Source: a virus. From it: DNA of 64,000 nucleotides. Below the pieces are notes generated by a model, which was given only the letters and a program-made list of their open reading frames with translations, made no database searches and was not told the origin of the DNA. The stretch spans positions 16,528-80,527 of the IMG/VR virus record IMGVR_UViG_3300037042_001212, one strand, 5' to 3'. Position numbers and translations under genes: made by a program. Positions 1 through 8,342 of the stretch are shown piece after piece (the stretch's first letter is position 1; the number at the start of each line of letters is the position of its first letter).

Positions 1-119
1 ACGAGGAGTTGCGCGTCTACAGGATCGAAGGCGACATCACTGACACAGAAGAACTCAAGGCAATGGCACAGGAGCTGGCCTTCATGTTTAACTGCAGCAA
101 AGTAACGCTGCGTATCTGA
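1..119 (+). CDS. 3' end of a hypothetical protein (truncated by the window start)
   Basis: Open frame from position 3 (EELRVYRIEGD...KVTLRI) ending TGA at 117-119, followed by the GAGGAG RBS of the next gene. Confidence 0.5.
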   Translation, partial: EELRVYRIEGDITDTEELKAMAQELAFMFNCSKVTLRI

Positions 120-128
120 GGAGAAACC

Positions 129-317
129 ATGAGACAAGACAAACTTGAAGCCGCCATCGCATACCTACGCGGTCGCAAGAAGTACAGCGTTGACCCCGGC
201 TGCACGTTCGTGCCGACCAAGCCGGTGCAAACCGATGTGGCCGAGACCATCCGCAAGTACCGTATGGAGGTGGAGCAGGTGCCCATCATGACGTTTGTGC
301 GTGGGAGAAAAAAATGA
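129..317 (+). CDS. small hypothetical protein
   Basis: 62 aa, GAGGAG RBS, ATGA overlap with the next ORF. Confidence 0.6.
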   Translation: MRQDKLEAAIAYLRGRKKYSVDPGCTFVPTKPVQTDVAETIRKYRMEVEQVPIMTFVRGRKK

Positions 318-496
318 GACGCGTCTTTGCAGATGATGACGTTCCAAGAGACGCACCTCGCGAATTAAAACCGTGGGGTAAACCGTTTCGGTTGCAGACC
401 GCTTGGCACACAGCGTTCCCGTGGGCTGATCTGGATAATGTTGGAAAAGAAGATACTGATGATATCTCGAAAGCAGTTGTCGTATGCCCGGAGTAA
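314..496 (+). CDS. small hypothetical protein
   Basis: 60 aa, translationally coupled to the upstream ORF. Confidence 0.5.
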   Translation: MRRVFADDDVPRDAPRELKPWGKPFRLQTAWHTAFPWADLDNVGKEDTDDISKAVVVCPE

Positions 497-663
497 AGAA
501 CAAGCTGGCCACCGAAGCGGTTACGCGCACTACCGGAACACGCTGGTGCAGTCACTGTCAGAGACACAAGCCCATTGAAGGCGGGCGCATGACGGGCGAG
601 TCAAAGAAACCGCAGTACCGGCGCTGGATATGCGCCGGGTGTAACGCACGACGTACACACTAA
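484..663 (+). CDS. small zinc-ribbon protein (59 aa, not in the ORF track)
   Basis: Manual translation MPGVKNKLATEAVTRTTGTRWCSHCQRHKPIEGGRMTGESKKPQYRRWICAGCNARRTH has two CxxC pairs and fills the gap before the VRR-NUC gene. Confidence 0.7.
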   Translation: MPGVKNKLATEAVTRTTGTRWCSHCQRHKPIEGGRMTGESKKPQYRRWICAGCNARRTH

Positions 664-675
664 AAGGAGTAACAC

Positions 676-1002
676 ATGGCATCAACACCGGAGTCGAAAG
701 TGAAGCGTAAAGTCAATGCGATACTTTCCGCGCTGGATTGCTACTTCTTTTACCCGATGACCGGGGGGTATGGCCGGTCTGGTGTGCCTGACATCATCGG
801 GTGCTACAAGGGTTTGTTTTTTGGTATCGAGTGTAAAGCGGGCAAGGGCAAAGCCACCGCGCTGCAGTGCGCCAACATTGATGAGATCAACCGCACTGAG
901 GGGCATGCGTTTGTTGTCCGCGAAGATACCGCCACGCTGGAGTTTATTCGAGAGGAACTGGATCATGGCCTTGCCAATGTCCGCGCTGTCGGAAGACAGT
1001 GA
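676..1002 (+). CDS. VRR-NUC domain nuclease / Holliday junction resolvase
   Basis: TPESKVK...GVPDII...FFGIECKAGKGK..TALQ PD-(D/E)XK signature; AAGGAG RBS. Confidence 0.85.
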   Translation: MASTPESKVKRKVNAILSALDCYFFYPMTGGYGRSGVPDIIGCYKGLFFGIECKAGKGKATALQCANIDEINRTEGHAFVVREDTATLEFIREELDHGLANVRAVGRQ

Positions 1003-1216
1003 AGAATCAAAGCAGGAGCACCTCAACTACATCACCAGTATCGTCTGTGAGTGCCTGTGGGGAGAGAACGGTCATAAAGCGGTGCTCATACACTGCAATC
1101 CCGAAAACAAAGCGCTCGGGGTTTACGCGCTGAACGCTAACAACGAAGAGGTACAGATCATGATTCACGCTGTTGCACAGCACTACATCCAGCCGCGCCC
1201 CGAGGTGCTGCAATGA
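965..1216 (+). CDS. hypothetical protein
   Basis: 3' part of ORF 770..1216; start at ATG 965 or 977; ATGA overlap with the polymerase. Confidence 0.55.
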   Translation: MALPMSALSEDSEESKQEHLNYITSIVCECLWGENGHKAVLIHCNPENKALGVYALNANNEEVQIMIHAVAQHYIQPRPEVLQ

Positions 1217-3195
1217 GTCAGCCGTTTGAAGACCTGATCGTTTTGGACTTTGAGACTGCGTGGGACAAGAAGGAATACACGCTGTCGAAGCTGTCTACCG
1301 AAGCGTATATCAGAGACAAGCGCTTCAAGGCGTGGGGGTTGAGCTGGAAGTATTACGGGGAGGGGGTGGCTCAGTGGGTGAGCCACCGGGACATCCCTGC
1401 GTTCTTTCAGAGCATCGACTGGTCGAAGACTGGGGCGCTGGCGCACAACGCACAGTTCGACATCGCCATCATGTCGTGGGTCTACGGGCACATCCCGTGC
1501 TTCATTGTGGACTCGCTGAGCATGGCCCGGGCGCTACGCGGGGTGGAGGTGGGCAACAGCCTGCGCCGCCTCGCTGAGCAGTTTGGTCTACCCCCCAAGG
1601 GTGACGCTATCCACAGCACGGACGGCATACTGGACACGCTGCCGCTGCACGTTGAGCGAGAGCTGGCGGAGTACTGTAACCACGACGTGTTTCTGTGCGA
1701 GGGGGTCTTCGATAACCTGCTCCCCGGGTACCCCGCCAGTGAGCTGCGTCTGATCGACCTGACCCTGCGCATGTTCGTGGACCCGGTGTTGAAGCTGGAC
1801 CCGCACATGCTGACAGTGGCGATCGAGGAGGAGCGCGTCAAGCGGGAGGGGCTGCTCAACCGTCTGGGCGTGGTAGACAAGGACTTGGCCAGCAACGACA
1901 AGTTCGCCACGCTGCTGCGCTCCCTCGGCGTCGAGCCGCCCCTGAAGAAAAAGAAGCCGACGCCCAAGACCCCGAACCCGGAGGGCATGATCTTCGCGTT
2001 CGCCAAGAACGACGCCATGTTCCAAGCGCTGACCAACAGCGACAACGAGGACATCGCGCTGCTCTGCGAGGCACGGCTGGCTGTCAAGAGTACGTTGGAG
2101 AGAACGCGGGCGCAGCGGTTCTTGGATATTTCTCAGCGAGGCACGCTCCCCGTACCGCTGAACTACTACGGGGCACACACTGGACGGTGGGCTGCGTCTC
2201 GTGGGTCGGGTTTAAATATGCAGAACCTGAAGCGGGGGTCGTTCCTCCGCCGCTCCATCATGGCCCCTCCGGGCCACCTGATCGTTGTGGCTGACCTCTC
2301 CCAGATCGAGCCCCGCGTGCTGGCGTGGCTGGCTGGATATCGAGACTTGCTGCAGATTTTTGCTTCAGGACAGGATGCCTACGCGGCGTTCGGTGCCAAG
2401 ATGTTCGGCATACCCGGCATGACCAAGACGACGCACCCCGACCTGCGGCAGTCCGCCAAGTCCGCGCTGCTGGGCGCAGGGTTTGGGTTGGGGTGGGCGT
2501 CCTTCGCTGCCCAGCTGCTCACCGGCTTCCTCGGTGCACCGCCCACGCGCTACGACAGGGCGTTTGCAAAACAGCTTGGGGTAACCGGCGGTATGGTCAA
2601 GGACTTCATAGCCTATGAGCCCAACATGATCAAGGCGCTGGAGATTCCCCGACTGTGCACTGATGAAGAGATTGTTGTGCACAGCGTTGCAGCCAAGAGG
2701 ATCATCGACGTGTATCGCGACGAGGCGAAGCCGGTGGGGGACTTCTGGGGTTTGTGCGATGACGTTCTGGTGAGATCGCTAGTGGGTGGGCGCGAGTACA
2801 AGCACAAGTGCCTGACCTTCCAGAAGGAGGCGATCCTGTTGCCAAACGGTTTACATCTGCGGTATCCTGATCTCACAGGAAAACCCGACGAAAAAGGCCG
2901 GGTGCAGTGGACTTACGGCGACAAGCACAAGAAGCTTTATGGAGGGAAGCTTACCGAAAATGTCGTGCAAGCTGTTGCTCGCTGCGTTATGACGGACGGC
3001 ATGCTGCGGATACAGAAACGGTATCCCTGTGTTTTAACCGTGCACGATGAAGCTGTGGTGCTGGTGCCAGAGAACGAAGCAGTTGAAGCAGAGAAGTGGG
3101 TGTTGGAACAGATGATCAAGGAGCCGAAGTATCTCCCGGGTATTCCACTAGACGCAGAGACAGGAGTGGGAGAACGCTACGGTGACGCTAAATAA
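1213..3195 (+). CDS. phage DNA polymerase, family A, with 3'-5' exonuclease domain
   Basis: Exo motifs LDFET, HNAQFD, YCNHDV; HTGRW; motif A DLSQIEPR; motif B RQSAKSALLGAGFG; motif C TVHDE. Confidence 0.95.
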   Translation: MSQPFEDLIVLDFETAWDKKEYTLSKLSTEAYIRDKRFKAWGLSWKYYGEGVAQWVSHRDIPAFFQSIDWSKTGALAHNAQFDIAIMSWVYGHIPCFIVDSLSMARALRGVEVGNSLRRLAEQFGLPPKGDAIHSTDGILDTLPLHVERELAEYCNHDVFLCEGVFDNLLPGYPASELRLIDLTLRMFVDPVLKLDPHMLTVAIEEERVKREGLLNRLGVVDKDLASNDKFATLLRSLGVEPPLKKKKPTPKTPNPEGMIFAFAKNDAMFQALTNSDNEDIALLCEARLAVKSTLERTRAQRFLDISQRGTLPVPLNYYGAHTGRWAASRGSGLNMQNLKRGSFLRRSIMAPPGHLIVVADLSQIEPRVLAWLAGYRDLLQIFASGQDAYAAFGAKMFGIPGMTKTTHPDLRQSAKSALLGAGFGLGWASFAAQLLTGFLGAPPTRYDRAFAKQLGVTGGMVKDFIAYEPNMIKALEIPRLCTDEEIVVHSVAAKRIIDVYRDEAKPVGDFWGLCDDVLVRSLVGGREYKHKCLTFQKEAILLPNGLHLRYPDLTGKPDEKGRVQWTYGDKHKKLYGGKLTENVVQAVARCVMTDGMLRIQKRYPCVLTVHDEAVVLVPENEAVEAEKWVLEQMIKEPKYLPGIPLDAETGVGERYGDAK

Positions 3196-3201
3196 CGAAA
3201 G

Positions 3202-3663
3202 GTGAATATGAAGACTTTGCAAATTGGTAGCCGCGACTACCAGATACATGTTGTTAATTACATACGCGGTGCTCTGGGTCAGATTTACTACAAAGCAGGA
3301 GTGATCGAGTTGGCGGAGCGTTGTGCTGTGAGCGGGTATAAATACTCAAAGCACGAACGCACGGTAGCGTTCTGGCACGAGGTAGTTCACGGCATCTTGG
3401 AAGATATGAAGAGCCTTGCCGCGTACGACGAGCGCTTCGTTACCAAGTTTTCTAGAGTCTTAACCGAAGTTCTTAAACAGGCGTATCCCAATGAACGTAA
3501 CATGGTCACACAGCTCCTTAAAGGAGTTCGAGCAGTGCGCAAGAAAGTACCACGAGACAAAGGTGCTGAAGAACTACCCGTTCGTAAAAAGCAAGGAAGC
3601 AGCATACGGCGACCTCGCACACAAAGCCGCCGAGATGTACCTAAAAGGAAACCCGCTCGATAA
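3202..3663 (+). CDS. hypothetical protein with HExxH (metallopeptidase-like) motif
   Basis: FWHEVVHGIL; the last ~57 codons overlap the next gene. Confidence 0.6.
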   Translation: MNMKTLQIGSRDYQIHVVNYIRGALGQIYYKAGVIELAERCAVSGYKYSKHERTVAFWHEVVHGILEDMKSLAAYDERFVTKFSRVLTEVLKQAYPNERNMVTQLLKGVRAVRKKVPRDKGAEELPVRKKQGSSIRRPRTQSRRDVPKRKPAR

Positions 3664-4150
3664 GGAGTTCGAGTTCATGCAGCCGGTGCTCGACGCACTG
3701 ATCGCCAAGTCCGGTTCCAAGCATGCGGAGCTGAAGCTGGCAGCGACCAAGGACTTCGAGCCATGCAGCTGGTTCTCTAAAGAGACATGGGTGCGGGGCA
3801 TCATCGACCTGTTGATTTTGGATGAAGAGAACAAAGTGGCGTGGGTTGTGGACTACAAGACCGGCAGCGACAAGTACCCAGATCGGGATCAGCTGGAGTT
3901 GATGGCGTTGCTGACGTTCGCGCACTACCCGCAGGTAGAGAAGGTCAACGCTGCGCTGCTGTTCGTTGTCAAGAACAGCATGACCAAGCACAAAGTGGAC
4001 GCTGCGAGCACAGACAAGATTCTGTGGAGCTACCGAGAGCGTGTTGCGCGAATCGAAGATGCTTATGAGGCAGGTGTGTGGAACCCCAAGCAATCGGGGC
4101 TCTGCCCGTGGTGCCCTGTCAAGACCTGTGAATTTCACCCTGACCATTAA
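3491..4150 (+). CDS. PD-(D/E)XK (RecB/Cas4-like) exonuclease
   Basis: SHSSLKEFEQC, GIIDLL, VVDYKTG, QLELMA, C-terminal CPWCP...C cluster. Confidence 0.85.
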   Translation: MNVTWSHSSLKEFEQCARKYHETKVLKNYPFVKSKEAAYGDLAHKAAEMYLKGNPLDKEFEFMQPVLDALIAKSGSKHAELKLAATKDFEPCSWFSKETWVRGIIDLLILDEENKVAWVVDYKTGSDKYPDRDQLELMALLTFAHYPQVEKVNAALLFVVKNSMTKHKVDAASTDKILWSYRERVARIEDAYEAGVWNPKQSGLCPWCPVKTCEFHPDH

Positions 4151-4161
4151 AGGAGAACGGC

Positions 4162-4428
4162 ATGCCCTACGTGAACAAGAAGCGCCCCTACAAACGCGAG
4201 AACGAGCTTTACAAGAGCAAGCCCGAGCAGATCGAGAAGCGTGTGCAACGCAACGCCGCCCGCCGTGAACTCATGCAGGAGGGTGTTGTAGAAAAGGGCG
4301 ACGGTAAAGAAGTGGATCACATCAAGCCGCTGAGTGCTGGCGGCACTAACAAGCGCAGTAACCTGCGCGTCAAGACAGCGAAGGACAACCGATCGTATGC
4401 AAGAAAGGCTAATCACAAGCCTAAGTAG
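4162..4428 (+). CDS. HNH endonuclease-like protein
   Basis: EVDHIKPLSAGGTNKRSNLRV...NRS. Confidence 0.8.
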   Translation: MPYVNKKRPYKRENELYKSKPEQIEKRVQRNAARRELMQEGVVEKGDGKEVDHIKPLSAGGTNKRSNLRVKTAKDNRSYARKANHKPK

Positions 4429-4780
4429 TCGCGGGGTGTCGAAAGCTTTCGCATCGATAGACCGGTATTTCTTAGGCATCCGAGGAAGCGTTTGCGCCGC
4501 GCACCCGGATATTTTTAGCAAGTGGGGCGTAGACGAGTTGGAGACACTGTGGCGAGCTAAGTTTGGCTATGTCTGCAGACTGCATTTACCGGAATCCGTA
4601 GTAGCGGACTTCGGCCACTATGGGTCGGATGGACACGCAAGAGTGGCGCATACAGTTGAAGAGTTGTTTTGGTTGGCCGTGTCACTCCGCCTGTTCTTCG
4701 AGAAAAAACTGACACGAAGGGACACGCACGAGATGGCTGGAGCGTGTGTACAAATAGCATTTACAATAAACGAAGGGTAG
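4397..4780 (+). CDS. hypothetical protein
   Basis: ATG at 4397 within ORF 4334..4780; fills the gap between the HNH and helicase genes. Confidence 0.45.
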   Translation: MQERLITSLSSRGVSKAFASIDRYFLGIRGSVCAAHPDIFSKWGVDELETLWRAKFGYVCRLHLPESVVADFGHYGSDGHARVAHTVEELFWLAVSLRLFFEKKLTRRDTHEMAGACVQIAFTINEG

Positions 4781-4782
4781 AA

Positions 4783-6360
4783 ATGGAGATTGTTGAAAAC
4801 AAAGCGCTTGTACTCCGCACACGCAACCCCTCCAAGTTCGACATCATCCCGCGCAGCAAGCACATTGGGGAGATCGGTAACGGCGTGCATGAGGTGGCCG
4901 TCTATTGGGGCTTGGATGAGGCGCGTGTACTGAAGAACTTGGGCGTGCGCGATGTGCCATCGCCCATCCTGCGCAAGTACAACTGGCCGGGGAAGTACAA
5001 GCCGTTCGAGCACCAGATAGAGACAGCATCGTTCTTAACGCTACACCGCCGCGCTTTCTGCTTCAGTGAGCCCGGCACCGGTAAGACGCTTTCAGCACTG
5101 TGGGCGGCGGACTACCTGATGTCCGTTGGTGCGGTGCGGCGCTGCCTCGTCATCTGCCCGTTGTCGATCATGCAGTCCGCGTGGTTGGGCGACATATCCA
5201 AGAGCGTTGTGCACCGCACCGCTGCCGTGGCGTATCACACCCAAGCAAGTCGGCGTATCGAGGTGGTGCAGAACGATTACGAGTTTGTGATCTGCAACTT
5301 TGACGGGCTGGCTATTCTGGCGAACACGATTTTGGAAGACGGTCGCTTCGACCTGATCATCGGAGACGAGGCCAACGCTTGGAAAAACGCCAGCACGGAT
5401 CGCTGGAAGTACCTGAATAAGCTGCTGAAGCCTGAGACAACCCTCTGGCTGATGACAGGCACTCCGGCTGCGCAGTCCCCGCTAGATGCGTATGGGCTGG
5501 CTAAGCTGGTCAACCCTACGTCGGTGCCCAAGTTCGCTACGGCGTGGCGTGATCGAGTCATGCTCCAGCTCAGCAAGTTCAAATGGATACCAAAAGAAGA
5601 TGCCGACACCACTGTGCACACAGCGCTTCAACCCGCAATACGCTTTACCAAAGCACAGTGCTTGGACCTACCACCAGTTGTTACGGTGACGCGTGAAGTC
5701 CCCCTTACGGCACAACAGCTAAAGTGCTACCGCAACTTGCGCGACTTGATGATGATTCGGGCAGCGGGTGAGACCGTCACCGCAATCAACGCTGCGGCGA
5801 TGGTGAACAAGCTCCTGCAGATATCTGCGGGTGCCGCCTACACCGACGCCAACGAAGTCATCGAGTTCGACTGCAAGCCTCGGCTGAACGTGTTGCTGGA
5901 GGTACTGGCAGAGACACCCCGCAAGGTGCTGGTGTTCGCGCCCTACCGTCACAGCATCGACACGATCAGCGACTTCCTGACCAAAGAGAAAGTGCCCTTC
6001 GCCAAGATACATGGAGACGTTAGCGCAAGCGCCCGGAGCCGGATATTCGAGCAGTTTCAGACCACCCCGGAGCCCCGCGTGTTGGTGATACAACCCCAAG
6101 CGGCATCGCACGGGGTGACGTTGACGGCGGCGGACACCGTAGTGTTCTGGGGGCCGGTGATGTCTGTTGAGACCTACATCCAGTGCTGTGCTCGATCAGA
6201 CCGGCAGGGGCAAGACTCAGACAAGGTTACTGTGGTGCACATTCAAGGGAGTGATATAGAACGGCGTATGTTTAAGAGACTAATGGGCCGGGTATTGGAT
6301 CACGGCGAGATGGTTAAACTTTACGAAGAGGAGCTTGCAGACCCAGAAGTAGGTGTGTAA
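4783..6360 (+). CDS. SNF2-family (SF2) helicase
   Basis: EPGTGKT Walker A, IGDEA Walker B, MTGTP, HGVTLTAA, helicase-C region; probable start MEIVENK. Confidence 0.9.
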   Translation: MEIVENKALVLRTRNPSKFDIIPRSKHIGEIGNGVHEVAVYWGLDEARVLKNLGVRDVPSPILRKYNWPGKYKPFEHQIETASFLTLHRRAFCFSEPGTGKTLSALWAADYLMSVGAVRRCLVICPLSIMQSAWLGDISKSVVHRTAAVAYHTQASRRIEVVQNDYEFVICNFDGLAILANTILEDGRFDLIIGDEANAWKNASTDRWKYLNKLLKPETTLWLMTGTPAAQSPLDAYGLAKLVNPTSVPKFATAWRDRVMLQLSKFKWIPKEDADTTVHTALQPAIRFTKAQCLDLPPVVTVTREVPLTAQQLKCYRNLRDLMMIRAAGETVTAINAAAMVNKLLQISAGAAYTDANEVIEFDCKPRLNVLLEVLAETPRKVLVFAPYRHSIDTISDFLTKEKVPFAKIHGDVSASARSRIFEQFQTTPEPRVLVIQPQAASHGVTLTAADTVVFWGPVMSVETYIQCCARSDRQGQDSDKVTVVHIQGSDIERRMFKRLMGRVLDHGEMVKLYEEELADPEVGV

Positions 6361-6400
6361 AATGTTTGACGTAGCATAAAAAACCAAGGAGATCACAACG

Positions 6401-6802
6401 ATGGAAGAGCAATCGATACCAATGGATAAACTCGCCAAAGTTTATCTGAAGATTCGCACCGAGATTCAAATGCGCACCAAGGCGTTCGAGGAAGAAATCA
6501 GCGTTCTTGAAGAGCAGAAGAAGGAAGTGTCCGACGCTATGCGGGAGCAGATGAAGGCTATCGGTTCCAAGTCTGTGCGCACGGACTTCGGCACAGTGGT
6601 CATGAAAGTGAAGACTGTGTTCGGCATGCAGGACTGGGACGGCTTCAAGCATTTCATTGTGGAACACAACGCACTGGACTTGCTGCAGCGGCGCATAGCG
6701 CAAAAGAACATGGAGGCGTTTCTGGAGAGCACTCCCGACGTGCAGGTGCCGGGACTGACCTCCAACTCCGAGTATGAAATCACTGTTACTAAACCGAAAT
6801 AA
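6401..6802 (+). CDS. conserved-type phage replication-module protein
   Basis: 133 aa, AAGGAG RBS, N-terminal coiled coil. Confidence 0.7.
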   Translation: MEEQSIPMDKLAKVYLKIRTEIQMRTKAFEEEISVLEEQKKEVSDAMREQMKAIGSKSVRTDFGTVVMKVKTVFGMQDWDGFKHFIVEHNALDLLQRRIAQKNMEAFLESTPDVQVPGLTSNSEYEITVTKPK

Positions 6803-6811
6803 GAGGACATC

Positions 6812-7852
6812 ATGGGAACCAACGTAGCAGCATTCAACGCAGCAAAACTCCCCTCGTTTGCCAAGAAGCGCAGCGGCCCCCCTTCGGCGCTGACCAAGGC
6901 TCTTGCTGGCAGCGGTGGTGGTGGATACCCCCGTAAGATTTCGATCAAGGGCGGCGTGTTCCGCTTGGTCGCGGACGGCAAGGAAGTGGCGGCGATCGAG
7001 GAGCGCTACCTCGACGTGGTGCTGGTCAACGCTGCGCCGACCGTTTCGCGGGCGTACTACGACAAGAAGTTCAAAGACTCCGAAAGCTCCGCGCCGGTGT
7101 GCTGGTCGGACAACGGTGATGCGCCTGACACCACGGTGCCGAGCCCCCAAGCTGCGCAGTGCGCCAAGTGCCCGATGAACATTAAGGGCTCGGGCGAGGG
7201 TGACACTCGTGCGTGCCGCTTCAACCAGCGTATTGCGGTAGTGCTGGCTAACGACATGCAGGGCGAGATCATGCAGATGACGGTGCCCGCCAAGTCGCTG
7301 TTCGGCAAGGAAGACAACGGCAACTTCCCGCTTCAGGCGTATGCACGGTGGCTGTCGGCACAGGGCATCGAGCCGAACGAAGTCATCACGCGCATGAAGT
7401 TCGACACCAAGGAAGAATCGCCCAAGCTGTTCTTCAAGACCATGCGCTGGTTGGAGGACGAAGAGTTTGAGATGGTGGACGTGCAGTGTAAAGCTGAGAA
7501 CGCCACCAAGGCTATCGAGACTCCGACGTACGGTAATTCGGGCACCAAGCAGTTGGCTGCTCCCAAGGCCAAGGCCAAGGCCGAGGACGACGAAGAGGAG
7601 TTCGAGACCAAGAAGAAGGCTCCGGCACCCACGGACGACGAGGACGCGCCGCCTCCGGTGCAGAAAAAGAAAGCCGCTCCTTCTGATGACGAGGACGCGC
7701 CGCCCCCGCCCGCAGCCAAGAAAAAGAAAGAGGCTGAGCCCGAAGACGAAGACGCTCCCGAGCCGACCAAGAAGAAGTCGGCGGCTGCACCGGCACCGAC
7801 GGGGCGCAAGGCTCTGGGTGCTCTGGTCTCCGACTGGGATACCGACGACTAA
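6812..7852 (+). CDS. putative ssDNA-binding / annealing protein with acidic low-complexity tail
   Basis: Position between helicase and primase; CAKC...CR motif; K/D/E/P-rich tail ending DWDTDD. Confidence 0.6.
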   Translation: MGTNVAAFNAAKLPSFAKKRSGPPSALTKALAGSGGGGYPRKISIKGGVFRLVADGKEVAAIEERYLDVVLVNAAPTVSRAYYDKKFKDSESSAPVCWSDNGDAPDTTVPSPQAAQCAKCPMNIKGSGEGDTRACRFNQRIAVVLANDMQGEIMQMTVPAKSLFGKEDNGNFPLQAYARWLSAQGIEPNEVITRMKFDTKEESPKLFFKTMRWLEDEEFEMVDVQCKAENATKAIETPTYGNSGTKQLAAPKAKAKAEDDEEEFETKKKAPAPTDDEDAPPPVQKKKAAPSDDEDAPPPPAAKKKKEAEPEDEDAPEPTKKKSAAAPAPTGRKALGALVSDWDTDD

Positions 7853-7864
7853 TCAACTAAAGGG

Positions 7865-7882
7865 CGGGGGCTTCGGCCCCCG
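7865..7882 (+). terminator. UUCG-tetraloop GC hairpin (terminator or stabilising hairpin)
   Basis: CGGGGGC-TTCG-GCCCCCG just after the stop of 6812..7852; no clear U-tract. Confidence 0.55.
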
Positions 7883-7889
7883 TACACTT

Positions 7890-8168
7890 ATGCCTTACGC
7901 ACCTAAGCTTTCAAAAGACATCCGCCGCGCCCCTGTTTCATTGGGGAATACGCTTGGCCTACAGGCACTTAGGCTTGACCTCTCCGTCATACGTATCTCC
8001 AAGTCAACCGGCGCTACGCGACAAACTATTTACAATTGGTTCGTCGGTGGTAAAGTAGCGCCCTTCTACCGGGAACGTGTATCAGCGCTCGTTGATATCA
8101 TGTCCAAATCCAAGACTGCTGAACACGCATGGAGGACCGCATGCTCTCGTTTCAACCTACGCACATGA
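7890..8168 (+). CDS. Cro/CI-like helix-turn-helix protein
   Basis: SVIRISKSTGATRQTIYNWFVG; ATG at 7890. Confidence 0.75.
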   Translation: MPYAPKLSKDIRRAPVSLGNTLGLQALRLDLSVIRISKSTGATRQTIYNWFVGGKVAPFYRERVSALVDIMSKSKTAEHAWRTACSRFNLRT

Positions 8169-8329
8169 TGACCAGTGAGCTTCTCCGTAGCGTACACATG
8201 TCCGCTGATAAGGTGTCTGAAGCAACAGTCACCGATCTGCGGCTTCGCTTGGAAGAGGTCGCAGACATTGTTACTTCGCGCACGGACCCGGATACCAAGA
8301 TAATCCAACTCCGCCGACTGATGGCCTAA
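8165..8329 (+). CDS. small hypothetical protein
   Basis: ATGA overlap with the HTH gene. Confidence 0.5.
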   Translation: MMTSELLRSVHMSADKVSEATVTDLRLRLEEVADIVTSRTDPDTKIIQLRRLMA

Positions 8330-8342
8330 CACTCGGGGTAAC

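Noticed and set aside
497-660. Apparent cloverleaf-like ncRNA in the ORF-track gap
   Set aside because: The stretch is an intact 59-aa CxxC...CxxC ORF (484..663) below the track cutoff; the short stems are explainable by GC content.
3491-4150. CRISPR-associated Cas4
   Set aside because: A stand-alone PD-(D/E)XK exonuclease in a replication module, which is common in phages; no array or other cas genes.
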